Positions 38,889 through 53,303 of a stretch of DNA of 64,000 nucleotides are shown piece by piece. The stretch is taken from positions 30,380,001 through 30,444,000 of the forward strand of contig NC_043002.1 in assembly GCF_006345805.1 (NCBI RefSeq), written 5' to 3'. Position 1 is the stretch's first letter. Each line of letters opens with the position of its first letter. Under the pieces are notes generated by a model that saw only the letters and a program-made list of their open reading frames with translations, was not told the DNA's origin and ran no database searches. A program made the position numbers and the translations under genes. This DNA is from Octopus sinensis. Its lineage: Eukaryota.

Positions 38889-39381
38889 TACTACGGGCTT
38901 CTTTCAGTTTCCGTCTACCAAATCCACTCACAAGGCTTTGGTCAGTCCGAGGCTATAGTAGAAGACATTTGCCCAAGATGCCACGCAGTGGGACTGAACC
39001 CAGAACCATGGGTTTGGTAAGCAAGCTACTAACCACAGAGCCACTCCTACGCCTGTTTTACTTTTCTATATTAACGCTCAGCCTGTTTCATGATCCTCAG
39101 TCCACTCAGTGGCCGACGTTCAGTTTTTTGAAGACGAACTCAGTCAGCGTACGATCAAGATCTTCATTGTTTTACCCTATGGAATTTTTTTTTGCAATTT
39201 TTCATTATTTACTCGTCATCCCTATCACAGCAAAACTTCAGCAACCCACTTCTGTTCCTACACCGTAATCTTCTGAAAGACGTGGCACGGATACATCATG
39301 ATCCACCTTTTGAGGTAACGCTATAATCTGTGCTATAGGCAATGACAGATGCTTCCTTTTTTGCTTCTCACTGTTACCCAT
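38362..39381 (-). mobile_element. Tigger/pogo (Jerky-like) transposase fossil, split by a SINE
   Basis: MGNSEKQKRKHLSLPIAQ...VSVPRLSEDYGVGT (CENP-B-type HTH), EDLDRTL, then past the SINE YSESWLQKFK and IYNADETAL...KDAKNRMTCFVCAN (DDE region). Confidence 0.85.
38629..39053 (-). mobile_element. Full-length SINE (14099 family) nested in the Tigger fossil
   Basis: Reverse complement of the 14099-14507 family including internal (CA)n(TA)n and (TCTTTTAC)n tail. Confidence 0.9.
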
Positions 39382-40219
39382 AGAGAAATCTGCAAATCTT
39401 TGTGACATTTTCACACTCCACAAAGTAACAAAATCACAGGGAGTTAAAACAATATCAGTGAACAGCAGAGGTAAATTTGCCTGGAAGAAGCATTGAAACA
39501 CAAGTGACTCGGGTTGAGTGAAGATCACACCCGTCAATGTTCGGCGTCAGCTACTTGCCGTACGCTGAGTGTGTGTCGAATCTAGTCATGTTTTGCACCA
39601 AACACGAGCTTTCGTGTGCAGAAGACCTCCATGAATAACATTCTCGGTCTTCAGGCTCTTTCGGCTATTCAGATAAGAGAAAGATATTGTGTACTTGCAT
39701 CAGCAATTTGAAAACATTCAGTTGAAACAGGTTGAAGGTCGACTACAACCATTAAAACAATTCTTTAAATGTAGTTGAGTAGACAATATAGTGAAAGCTT
39801 TCTTTATTTTCTTTCAACAAGTGAATAGAGATACATTTGTTCACTTACAATCTGACAGCTGGATTTATATGAGCTTTTCACAAATTTTGAATTTAACATC
39901 GAATGGACCGGTTTAAATTTAAATGAAATTTATGTGGCTTCGTACGTATTTCCCTCACAAAAAGTCAATAACAGAGGCGGAAATATGTGTCTAGGCATAT
40001 TGTCATTTAAATAATGATAGAAGGTCAACAGCCAGTCATTAAGTGCTATTGCACGAATACAATATGGATTATGAATATCGTTACACACACACACACACAC
40101 ACATACACAATAAATATGTGTGTGTATGTGTGTACACACGCACATACATTCATAGATGCATACATATGTATAAGAATGCACATGTATATTTGCATATACA
40201 TATATATATATATATATTA

Positions 40220-40274
<55 letters not shown>

Positions 40275-41133
40275 ACATATATACATATACATATATATGA
40301 TATATTGAATACATATATGTATATATATGTTTATACATACATACATATATACACATGTCCATGTGTTTAGATGTGAAATGAATAATTATTATAGTAATTA
40401 TTCTAGTAATTATTATTTTCGGCTGTCGACCTCATGCTGCTTTGTGTATGTGTGTGCATTTCTGTGTGTGCGTGTTTGTGAGTGTGCTTGCGTGTGTGTT
40501 GTGCGTGCGTGCGTGCGTGTCTGTGCTTGTGTGTGTGTGTGTGTGCGTGCGTGTGTATGTATGAATGCCTACGCAGAAAGTTGTTCATAAATTTACTTGC
40601 CTTCAGCTACTATTAACAATACTTCAGATTGGGAGAGTTGAGCGAAGTGGATTGCTAAAACAAAAGAAATGAAATCACTTGATTCGATCCTTAACGTATA
40701 CCGATAAAAAGCACCTTCATCGTCTAATTTCACAAGGAAACAGAATAAAAAATACTAGGAATACCTATGAGTAAATAAATATTCATATTTTACCACGCTT
40801 ATTCCCATGATCATTAGATGCCAACGGCAAAACGCTGCAACAAATCGTTGCTATTTCATTAACAAATTGGGAAGCTCTAAAACTGTTAATAGCTTAAAAC
40901 TATATATTTCTAAACTAAATTTAAAGACTAGTTGAAGGAATATTTGGTTATGGTATATAACTGATCCGAATGTTACCATCGCTTTAGTGCCACTATTGCA
41001 TTTTGAAACATTGACGACTGTTCAGCTAAAGAATCGTTAGCGAAACCAACGGTTGCATTCTGACCAGTTATATGGCATAACCAGTATTCAGTTGCTTGAT
41101 CATATAAAAATATATTGCACGACTTTTACCTCC

Positions 41134-41176
<43 letters not shown>

Positions 41177-41510
41177 TATATATATACTTATAAATAATGT
41201 ATGTATGTAAATACTTTAAAAAAGTGAAAAATTTAAACACAGTGAAAACTACCATGTTATAACCGATAATTAAAACAAGGTTATTTTATTTTTCAATCGC
41301 TTCGAAAATTGCTATTAAATCGTGTTTTAGGTCGTGGTTGGTTGCTATTTCTAGCATGTAAAAATTATCAATTTAAAAGTTAGTTTTCTCTTGAGTTTAA
41401 ATGTACACTTTTTTAAAATATGAATATGTTGTCTATTGACTCTGTATACTTGTTAGACTACTTGTAGTGATATTTATAACGAATACTCGCTACCCTATAC
41501 ATGTATCATA

Positions 41511-41568
<58 letters not shown>

Positions 41569-42467
41569 GAGAAGAATATAAAATAGTTAACAGGAATGGC
41601 ACGGCACGACGAGAGTCAACTGATGAGTTGCATTGATGGTTACGAACTGGGTTTGGTGTTTGCTTATTTACAGTGTCCTCCCAAGATTTAAAGTCCACAA
41701 TGCTGTTTTACTTCATAGAGAGTTCTATGTTTGCACCTGGACATTTTCTGGCGTCTTACCTTTTAATGTGCAGTGATTCTGAACGAATCTTTATAACGTG
41801 TGCCGCGCGCGCTTGTGTGTAATCACGAGCTAGATTAGTTGTGGAACTCGAGGTAGATAAAGCTATATATGACAGCGAGTAGACGATTGGGATAAAATTC
41901 CCTTCGATGGAAAAAAGTCGAATATATTTAAATGTAAACGACTAAACCAAACAGATGCACACACGCTTACACATATACACACTTACACATGCACACAGAG
42001 ATGCACATATACAGACACACACGCAGACACACTCACTCGCACACAATTATATATATATAAATTCATATACATTTGTATATGTATACATGTATATGTAATT
42101 ATATATGAGTGTACATATACTTACTTGTACACATACAAATATGTATGACAGTATACGTGTATGTAGATGCGTATGTTTTATGCACATGTGAATATGAACG
42201 TGCACACACATGTATATGCACACATATATATATATACACATATGTATATATATATATATATATATACATACATATATAGACGCATATATATATGTCTGTA
42301 TATATATATATATATATATATATACGCATATATACACACATATATATATGTATATATATGTATATATATATATACACGCATATATACACACACATATATA
42401 TGTGCATGTAGGTGCTTATGTGAATGTTTATAAGTGTGCATGCATGGCTAGAATCTATTATTTTTAT

Positions 42468-42487
42468 CATCATCATCATCATCATCA

Positions 42488-42548
<61 letters not shown>

Positions 42549-42550
42549 CA
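42468..42550. repeat. (CAT)n(TAT)n microsatellite within a long TA/CA-rich tract (~41940-44000)
   Basis: Direct inspection. Confidence 0.85.
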
Positions 42551-42948
42551 TTGGATAGGAACACAGAGAAATAAATACAGAATCACACAACTGGTATTAA
42601 ATAAATATTCACAGCAAAATACACCTAGGGAAATGGAAGTAACATGGCTTTGCAGCGATTAAATCTCTTCTTTGTCTAAGGTAACATGTCTCAAATCTTT
42701 ATGTTGACCATATATCAAAACACACTATTGATATATATTCGTTTACGGGTATAAATATGAGAGTATGCATTGTGTACACAATGTGTATGCTTATATATAC
42801 AGACATCAGCTGACACACGCCGGCAAATATATTTCTCACATTCAACTTTATTCATTGTCTGGTCGATATTTGTTTCAGCTGACATAAATCATCTATTTAC
42901 GTCGTTTATGTATAAACACCATTGTGTGTATAAATGTGTGTATGTGAA

Positions 42949-42992
<44 letters not shown>

Positions 42993-43192
42993 TGTATGTG
43001 TTCTTCTGTGGGCGTGTGTATGAGAGTGCGTGTATGCCTATACAGCTCAGTCGTTTGCATAAACATACATTCTCATTTTCACATATGTTTTAAGTATGTA
43101 TGTGTGTATACATATGTGTATGCATATATATATATATACATACATAAATACATACACAGACAAGCACTAAGACACAGAGACTATATATACAC

Positions 43193-43251
<59 letters not shown>

Positions 43252-43577
43252 TGTATATGTATATATATGTATATATTATGTATATATATATACATATAAT
43301 ATGCATATATATATTTATATATATATATGTATGTATATGTATATATGTCTATGTATATATATATATATATGTATATGTATATGTTATATATATTTACTTA
43401 TATACTTATATATGTATGTTACTTACACATATGTATATATTGTATTTATATGTGTGTATGATTGTGAGTGTTGACCCCTTCCAATATCTATGCGCTTTGT
43501 TTATAGGTAACGTTACAATGAAATCATTCCATGTACACCTCTATAGCTGTCTGTGTTTGTGCTTTCTGTGTCTGCAT

Positions 43578-43654
<77 letters not shown>

Positions 43655-43933
43655 TATATATACATATATACATATATACATGCAAAATAATATACACTAA
43701 CATGTACTATTTACAACAGTTGGTAAAATCGTAAATACGTATATAGAAAGAGTCTTTGGTTATAAAGCTATATACATAAATATGTCTGTTTCAATGGGCA
43801 TAATTGCGGGTGTATATATATGTGTGTTTAGTTACAAGGTAGAATAGAAATAAAGAGATACAGAGCGGGAGAAAGGGAGAACGATTTTGCGATATGTGCA
43901 TGTATGTGAATATGTGCTTGCATCTGTGCGTGT

Positions 43934-43993
<60 letters not shown>

Positions 43994-44123
43994 TATGTGT
44001 GCTGGGTGTGTGTGTGTGTCTGTGAGTAGATGACAACTAACATAAAGCCAGAGCAAGAAAAAATTTTGAAAGAAAGTGGAGAGACATCAATATAGAGTAA
44101 GAGAAGACAATTATATAGATGTA

Positions 44124-44154
<31 letters not shown>

Positions 44155-45081
44155 GGTGAAAAAGAAAGAGGTAGATACATAGAGAGTGAGAAAGAGAGTG
44201 AAAGCAGCAGGAGACAAAGACACAGATAGATATACAGAAAGATAAAGGGAAACAATCTGACAGTCTATGCCAGAGAATTAAATCAAAACTTATAGTAATT
44301 TATTTCTTAAGAACAAAGCACAATAAAAAAAATATATGGCTACAAATCATTATAAATTATAGGTGTTTGGAAACCAGTATTTATTTAAAATAGATAAAGA
44401 ATAAAATAAAGAAATGGTCAGATAGATAGAAATAATAGCGCTGTCTTTGTTTGCTATGGAAACATAAATAGAATCTCAAATGAAATCAACATTAAAAATT
44501 ATGCACTGCTTAAACAGAATCAAAAGCTATGCCATGACTTTTAACAGCATTTATGGAAATTTTAGTTTTCAAATGTCTTCTTTGACTTATCTGCTGTATT
44601 AACCTATTTTATAGATTGTTGCGGTGTTTCTTTCTTGCTTTCGTTTTTCTTGTTTTTCGTTTGCGGCGTAAATTTTCTTCAAGTCTATTTCTCTTGCTGT
44701 CTTTAGGTACATTGCACCTAAGATGCCCAATGCTTCCAAATCACACAAAAAAACACACCTACATGTATTTGTTCGTATATGTATGTCTGTGCTCATATAT
44801 GTATGTACATATATATATGTGTGTGTGTGTGTGTATGTGTGTGTATGTATGTATATATATGCCTATATATGTATGTGTATATGCATGCATATATGCATAT
44901 TTGTAGGCCGAAACTACCAGTTTCCACATGCAAATGTAACAGGTTTCTTCAGTCATGGGTGACTGGGTTAAAATATTTATATTATACTGCTAGTATTTAG
45001 TTTCTGTTTCTCCTATTCATTACACATAACCCCTCCCCCTCTCTCTCTCCCTATTTCTCTCTCTCTTTCTCTGAAACACAC

Positions 45082-45129
<48 letters not shown>

Positions 45130-45587
45130 TTATACATCTATGCGTGCAAATGCAATTAATATACATATTCATAAATGCATGCAAGCATACATATTGATCT
45201 CGAAGCCATCATTACTTTTTCCTCTACATCTGCTTAAATGTCCACTTTTTCCAAAACAAAAAAAAAGACTTCTTTCGCTCATTTCAATCCTCCTGCACGC
45301 TTCACACAATTTTACATCTATATTACTATATACCTCTTTACCAGTGTATAGCTGTGTGAAGTAAGACGTTTGCTTCCCAGCCACATGATCCTGAGATCAG
45401 CGTGTCCTATTGATTATGTTCTACTGTAAAACATAGCACAAACTATTTGAATAATAACTCTCACTTCCTTGTAGAATTCTTTCATTTATATTAAGCTAAT
45501 TATTCTACTATCAACGTTGCGTACTTTAATCTCCATCTCACTTGTTCTTTAACCGTTTAAGCAATTTCGCTACTCCTCTATATTATA

Positions 45588-46153
45588 TGCACAAACATGC
45601 AGGAAGTAAATAGACACATATAATTTTCAAAATGTCTGATCTAAACGCCTTAATATGTTTTCAGCGGTGTAGAATTTACAATGTAATTATTCTTTTTCAT
45701 TCCAGGTGTCATTACATTAAACATCTGCGAAGAGTAACCATGCCACTCACAAAAAATTCAGCAGAGCTGTCAAATTTTCAAAGAGAGCAATCTGAGGCTG
45801 ATCTAAGCCAGCGAAAAGTTGCCGAAAAATCTTCAAATTCTCCTTGCTATAGTTAATAGAATTATAGGGCAATTCAAAATCCAAGGAAAAGAATCAACAG
45901 ATTCTCGTCCCGGCCGACCAGGGCCCTCGGAAAGGAAACTTCGCTGTTTGAAGAGAATTGTGGAAAACGAACCCCGTTCGAAGGCTTCAGACATTGCAAA
46001 ACAGCTAGACGTTAGTCCAAGAACGTGTGTAACATATCTGCATAAGCTTGGGTATATGGAGAAGCTGATAGAAGAAAAACCTCTCCTTAACCAATTAATA
46101 TCAAAAGATTTTGAAAATTAAAGGTGTCTATTCACTTCCTGCATGTCGGTGTA
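45588..46153 (+). mobile_element. Internally deleted Tc1-like element with terminal inverted repeats
   Basis: TIRs acatgcaggaagtaaatagacac (45595-45617) and gtgtctattcacttcctgcatgt (46124-46146), 1 mismatch in 23 bp; transposase N-terminus from ATG 45740 (ELSNFQR...SRPGRP...LKRIVENEPR...LHKLGY); no DDE domain. Confidence 0.85.
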
Positions 46154-46351
46154 TATCTTTCAAGAAGTAGTTAGGTTCGTTAATTTTCTATTTCTGTAAT
46201 TAATTCTGTAATTATCTTGTAATACCTACTATGTTTTTTTTCTATACTTTATAATCTTAATCTCAATGTTTTCTTGTTGAAAAGGACTTCATTATTCACC
46301 GAGTATTGCTATACCTGTCTGCGTATATATTGGTCTTTATATCAGCAACTG

Positions 46352-46370
46352 CACCCGTTTTATCTGTCTG

Positions 46371-46439
<69 letters not shown>

Positions 46440-46479
46440 TTACCTATCTACTATCTATCTATCTATCTATCTATCTATA

Positions 46480-46514
<35 letters not shown>

Positions 46515-46547
46515 ATCTATCTATCTATATATATATATATATTATAT

Positions 46548-46592
<45 letters not shown>
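46352..46592. repeat. (TCTA)n then (TA)n microsatellite
   Basis: Direct inspection. Confidence 0.92.
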
Positions 46593-46594
<2 letters not shown>

Positions 46595-47280
46595 TAGACT
46601 ACTCGTGATCCGTTGAGATACCAGCAAAGTCTGAGTTTCCTAGTAACGGAGTTTTATTTCGTGTTTTGTTTTCCCTTTTCCCTGTTATTTTGCACGTTTT
46701 CAACGAATGTGACATCGACATCACGCGTAAACGGCTCCTTTCCCCCAAAAAGGAAAGATTTGGCTGCTAATTCTTGCATGCCCTACTACCGCATAACTTA
46801 TTTCGGGTCTTTTATAGCAAAAGGCTGTTACGTGGTAGGAGAGTGTGCTAGAAATAGCAGCCAAATCTATGGAGGTGATATACGTTGAATGCACTCGAAA
46901 GAAACCTATGGAAAAACCCATTTCACATAAAGGTTACGAATGTGACTTTTACGAAATATTTACCGTGATTTTAAAAATATTTTCACTTCAAAATATTTTG
47001 CCCGTCATAAAGTGTCTAATGGAATGGTTAGAGTTCGTTCCCTTTCGGGGTTAAGTTATTTTCGGAGTATTTTCCCATTCTGCACCATTTTGGATATTTG
47101 TACCCCAAAACCCAGAATATCTCAATAACTACTGGTCTGATTTACGTGAATCTTGTATTCCGTTCGTATTCACATTTCAGGGGCACTTTACTTTCAAAGT
47201 ATTTTCCCATTGTCCGCCAGATTGGGTTTGTAACATCGCAAGCAAGCAAGTAAGATTGAACTTCACATTTAATGTATTAT
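46592..47280 (+). mobile_element. Possible non-autonomous Helitron/Helentron-type element
   Basis: Starts atactag in (TA)n, has atatctcaataactactggtctgattt and a (GCAA)n sub-terminal run before ending in (TA)n; assignment by architecture only. Confidence 0.25.
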
Positions 47281-47302
47281 ATATATATATATATATATAT
47301 AT

Positions 47303-48000
47303 AATGGATTTCCTTGTAGTGAACGGAAAATGAGGGTTCAGTAGGATAAAACATCGATGAAGTTCTATGGTCACGAATGTGTCTCTAGAGGCCTTCTGGT
47401 ACCTTGCACACCTTTTGGCAAATGGAACAAGTTGAGGACTCAGCTTGCTTGTGGATACACTCTCGCGTGCGCCTATACATATATCTTACATTGGAAGAAT
47501 TTCCTGTCACATTTCAGGATGTACTTAATTGTTATATTTAATCAAAATCATTTTTTTAAATTCACTATAGATAAGATAATCCGATTTATTTGGCAAATTT
47601 TCATTCTACGAGCATAAAATTATTCACATTTGAAATCAAAGAAACTTTCAATATCATTTTTAATTTCCCTGAATTACATTTTTTTTTAATCTCAAAAATA
47701 TGTCGGAATAGTCAAAGTTTATTGGTAAGTGGAACAAAGTCAGAAGTGTAGGGAGGATAAAGAATAACTTCCATATTTAGTGCCATAAACTTTTCCTGAG
47801 TGCTGCAAGAAATATGAAGTCTTGCATAATCGTGAAAGAGGAACATCTATTTATGACTGAGCAATGATGCGTGCTTTCCCCGCAGATGTTTGTGCAATGC
47901 TACCAAATGACGACAGTATTTCTCTACATTAACAGTTTCGTTTAAGTTTAGCTCTACTTGACAGACGACCCACTTCATATCGCAACGGATATACAATATA
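47303..48000 (+). repeat. ~700-bp dispersed duplication copy 1 (copy 2 at 54738-55420)
   Basis: Co-linear from aatggatttccttgtagtgaacgg to cgcaacggatatacaatat, with scattered substitutions and small indels. Confidence 0.92.
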
Positions 48001-48368
48001 ACAGTTGCCCAGATTGAGGGGAATCAACGAGAGAAAAATTTCACGAGAGTAACTGACCTTACCATCGATGGAATGTCAAGTCAGTTAAAGCTTTATTTCC
48101 ATAGGCCGAACGAATGTTTTTTCTCGCTGTTATTTCTGAGCTCTTTTTCAATTCGTACAGCGTACAGTTTCTGATCTAGATCTGATAAAAGTTCGTTTTA
48201 AATCGTTAAAATCATTAAGGACTTAACCGTTAAGGTATAACATAACCTTCAAAGAAAGAAAAACGAGAAGTATATTGTACAAATTATTGCTTATTTTACC
48301 GAAAGTATGCTTGCCAATGTGATCATGCCAAAAAATGTGACAGAACATTCTAGCGAACAACACACACA

Positions 48369-48406
<38 letters not shown>

Positions 48407-48422
48407 ACACACACACACCACA

Positions 48423-48460
<38 letters not shown>

Positions 48461-49444
48461 GGACTCTTAAATCGATTGCGGTGTATGGGTGTTTAGCATT
48501 TTTGTCGAACTGCGTAAATGATCTGTTTATAGCGATCAAATGCATGTGTTCTATATTCGCTCACTCTTGACGTTGGCCGAACAGGTTTCCGGAGTACCAC
48601 GTATTAAGTGTCGAAGCAATCGCAGAATAAGGTGAGATGAAGCGTTCTGCTCAAGATCACAGTCTAGGAACTGAAACCACGCTCTCACGCTCGTGTGTGT
48701 AACGCCCTAACCTCAAGACCATGCATCATCACTTCACACACACTTATATAAAATCGAGATCGTTGCATCAAAATGATATGAAAAAATTTGTTCCAGCCAG
48801 CATTAACAGGGTTAAGATTTCAAAGTAAAGGAGAAAAGCGGCTGCAAATATAACACATGCAGTGACCTATAATCCTAATACATGCAGCATATGTGGATTT
48901 CTTTGTAAATCATTGGCGAGACTTAAGTATAACATTCGACATGAGCATTGTAACTGACAAAGAAAGAGTAATTTGTCAGAACCTATATATATATACATAC
49001 ACACATGTACATGGTGATAGAATTGTGCAGTCTGAGAAGATCTTGCTAGAGGAAGTGCGTAAACATCAAGTATGTACACGACTTGTACATATGAAAAAAG
49101 CAGATAATACTCGATCAAAAAAGTTTCGCACCCGGCGTATGTCTTACACTTCGTCTCATATTGAGACTGATAGAAATTTCAATACGAAAACCACCACTGT
49201 ACAACTTACACTTGAGCAACGAAAATTGCTAATTATGCAAATATAATTGAAAGAGTGTAAAGAATAGAAAAATAGGTTACATGTCGTTCGTAACACATTA
49301 CATAATAAAATACCGTTTAGAATTTTCTTAATCCAGTTACCAGTATTTGTTTGCAATAAGGAAAAGAGTAATACATACATATATACATACACACACGCAC
49401 GCGCACAAACACAGACACATACACACATATATGTGTATATATAT

Positions 49445-49708
49445 TCTTTTACATGTTTCAGTCATTTGACTGCGACCATGCTGGAATACTGCCTCTAGTC
49501 GAACAAATCAACCCCAGGATTTATTCTTTGTTAGCCTAAGTATGCATTCCAATCGGTGTCTTTTGCCGAACCGCTATGTTACGGGGGACATAAAAACACA
49601 CCAACGATGGTGGGGTGACAAACACCAGCATAAAAATACATACACACATACATAATACATACAAACATACATACACACATACGTACACACACACACACAC
49701 ACACACAC

Positions 49709-49761
<53 letters not shown>

Positions 49762-50010
49762 TATATACACACACACATATATATATATATATATAGATAT
49801 ACATATATATATACACACATATATATATATAGATATACACACACACATGTATATGTATATGTGTGTGCATACATCGGACATCTTTCAGTTTCCGTCTACT
49901 AAATCCACATACAAGAATTTGGTCGCCGAGGCTATAGTAGAAGACACTTGCCAAATGTTCCACGGCCTAGGACTGAACCCGGAACCATGAGGTCGAGAAG
50001 CAAGCTTCTT
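49445..50010 (-). mobile_element. SINE (14099 family); its head is completed at 51656-51691 beyond an insertion
   Basis: Reverse SINE body ending gaaccatgaggtcgagaagcaagcttctt; the consensus continuation cccacacaatcacccctgc is at 51670-51689. Confidence 0.85.
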
Positions 50011-51655
50011 TATTTTATGAAATTGGCTTTGAAGGCCTTACGTAGAGAAGACAGCACAAGGTGGGAACAAAACAAAGCAAAACGAATGAAAGGAATAAAT
50101 TTATAAATGAAGGATGAAATGAAACCGTTCGGCCCCATCTGCCTTATCTCTATTCTTTTTAGCAACAGCTAATTACAATCATTCCGAAGAATTTTTATAT
50201 TATATATTTTTTAAATATCCTGAAAACTTATTCGTTTCGGCAATGAGCTGGTGTCCAGTTTCTTGACACACCTGTTATAGTCTTGATTTACCTCATAGTC
50301 CTTCAATTCCGACATATATTCTGGATTTGTCACTACACAACGAATATTTTTGGGCACCCCCTTCAATCCTGCTACATTCACTTTTATAGTATTGTCCCAT
50401 AAGTCTATTTTGTCATCCACTTCTTCGTTTTCTCCATTGTACAATATAATATGCTTTATCAAGGGCGAGAGTGGGGAAATTTGGGGCTCCTGTGTGCTTG
50501 TGTTTGTCTTCAAGTCAGGTGGGGCATGGAGATGGCTGGTGTCTGTGGGGGTGGTTGTGGTAAAGAGGCTGTGGGTTAGAGTCGAGTGGGTGTGGGTTGG
50601 GGTCATCCTTCACCACGTGTGTCCTCTTCCTGCTCTTCTTCTCCACCATTTCCCAGCTGCTATTCGATTCCTCCTCCTCAACGCTGGTACCTGTCTTCTG
50701 TTGTTCCATCTCATTTATTTCTTCCTCTACAGGCAGTGTAGCACCAACCACTTTTTCTTGTGTCTCTCCTTGTCATTTTCTAGTGGTGGAGGACATTCCG
50801 CTCTAATGTGGCCTTTCAGGCCACATTTATAACATCATGGAATCCTCCCTTCCACTCTGACCTTTAAAAGCGTCTCTGCCACTGTGATACTTACGACCAT
50901 TTTTTCGATGCCCTCCTCTGCGATTTGCACCACCATGTCAATGGTTTGCTCCTTCCAGCTCCTCTGAGGTATTCTGATGGCCTATAGGGCCACCACCTTC
51001 ACCTCAAGTAGTATAGCAGTCACCAGCTAGGCTACATACACCTCTGGGGATATTTTCTCCACCCTAACCCTTAAGCATGTATCCCAAGGTATAGGGACAG
51101 AAGAACCACCTCATTCGGTTTTAGCGGTGTTGCCGAGTGCAACCTGGCGGTAGCTAACCTTTCGGAATGAACCGCTATCGTTCCAAATTTTTACATCTGG
51201 CAAGGTAAGAAATCCCTTACCAGACTGGTTTTAACGCCTTTTCTATCTGCACCGTAGACATATTTTCAGTTTTTCCAACTCCCGCCGATTACGTCCTATA
51301 AACTACCGTTCTTTCCGCCGTTTTCTTTAAGACTTCGTTCCCCTCCCTTCTCAGCCTTCCCCTAGATTTGCCCACATCCTCCAGCCCTACGTCCTTGCAC
51401 CTTTCCTCTGTCGTTGCAGCATAACTTCCATCCTCCATAGCCCTGTCCACCTTCTTGTGGCACTCTACCAACTCCTTCTTAGACGGCACACAGTCCGTTG
51501 ACGAGTAGTTTTCAACGTTTGCAACAAAACAGTTCAAACCCTCGCAACTCCTCACCCGACGCACCACTATCACACAAGAGTAAAAACGTCGCACAGCCAA
51601 TCAAACACGTCCATCTCACACAAATCCAACGAAACAAATGAATCACGGTAAACCG
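50011..51655 (-). mobile_element. Non-LTR retroelement carrying only a decayed ORF1 (CCHC zinc knuckle), with 14-bp TSD
   Basis: TSD GAAGCAAGCTTCTT at 49997-50010 and 51656-51669; CYKCGLKGHIRAEC at 50793-50834; ORF pieces 51289-51600, 50515-50751, 50211-50606; A-rich 3' end; no RT or endonuclease seen. Confidence 0.85.
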
Positions 51656-52259
51656 GAAGCAAGCTTCTTCCCACACAATCACCCCTGCATGTGAGAGAGA
51701 GAGAGAGAAAGAGAGAATGTGTGTGTGTGTGTGTGCGTGCGTGTGCGTACAGGAATATCTTTGTTAGTATAAACTGATATTATATCATGTCAAACGTACT
51801 CCAATGCCATCGACCAGTTTCTTGCGCGTTTTTCAGTCCTCTAGTAACAAGTACATGCGTTCCAAAGGGCTTGTCTTTTAGTTGTGTTTTTTTTTTACCA
51901 CGACCATTTAACAAAGGACTTCATCTGTATTTACCAACATAATTAAGTCTACCTTAGAAGGTATCTGTAAATGATAGTATAATTCTATAAAATACACTCT
52001 ACGTAGATGTTCCAAACAAAATGTTCACTCTCTATCATTTTGGTATGTTCCAGTCACACACTTTCCTGCTTTTTAATGCTTTTTACAGTCTTTTCTGCTT
52101 CCCTCGGCCTGTCTAACGTCGTCCATATGTTGCCAACTAACCTCGTCCATATGTTACCTCTCTAAAACTGCCATGGTAGAAGCCACAAACCTTTCAAGGC
52201 CTTGTATATTAATATTTTAGGTGGAGTCATATCATATAACGTATTGATTTACACATACA

Positions 52260-52291
<32 letters not shown>

Positions 52292-52600
52292 GACACACAT
52301 ACACACACACACACACACACACTCACTCACACACACACATACAGACAAGACAATACATATATATGTATATAAAAATATAATATATAATACGTATATGTGT
52401 GTGTTTATGTGCGTGCGTGCGTGGGCTTATGTGGGTGAGTTTGTGTGAGTGAGTATGGATGTGTGCAAAATTTGTAATCTATAAATATAAAATGTGAGTA
52501 TGTCAACTATAAAATATTTAATATTACAATAGATAAAATATATCGATACCCTGAACGTCAGAAACAGGAACAGTATCCTGAAATCAATAACAAACGACAA

Positions 52601-52641
<41 letters not shown>

Positions 52642-52654
52642 ATGATGGTGGTGG

Positions 52655-52692
<38 letters not shown>

Positions 52693-52848
52693 GTGGTGGT
52701 GGGCTGATGGTCATCATCATCATTACAGCATACTGCTTTTCCTTTTTTTCTAACTATTCTTTCGCTTTTGGGGCCACTAGGCTGATACAAATGTAAACAT
52801 GTTATGGACAATGATAATAAATGTTTGTTTTTGTGCTTGTGTGTGGGC

Positions 52849-52892
<44 letters not shown>

Positions 52893-53248
52893 ATTGATAA
52901 AAATGGTAAGACAACAAAAGAATTAAAGAGACCTCGATATTATGTAAATAGAGGAATTTATCTGTAAAAGTAATATGTGACAATTTTTCGGTAGCCATGA
53001 TAAAACTCCGAGTTGGAAATCCACGTCGCTATCGCTTCAGTTATCTGGCCACCGGAAAATACCAAAATGACCATTCCGGAATATAACAATATCTGTTTCA
53101 ACACACGACTTCACATAAAAAACCTTGCACAACAAATATATAAACGTATATATAGTCCTATTGTTACGTGCCGTTTGTGTTACATTTCTTTCGCGCTTGT
53201 TTTACCCCTCTGCGAGATTATTTTATTTTAATTCTCTCGCAGGAAGGC

Positions 53249-53303
53249 CTAGTATTGACGAGTCGTGTCCTGTCTTGCCTTCGAAACACGCTATGTCTAC
53301 TAG
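53249..53303 (+). ncRNA. Degenerate hammerhead candidate heading a pLTR-like repeat (53240-53560)
   Basis: CTAGTA-TTGACGA...GAAA-CA-cgcta-TG-TC-TACTAG: stems I and III pair and GUC is present, but C3U and no convincing stem II. Confidence 0.35.

Noticed and set aside
44905-44960. CTGAAGA...GAAA on the minus strand
   Set aside because: No stem I pairing and a poorly placed stem II.
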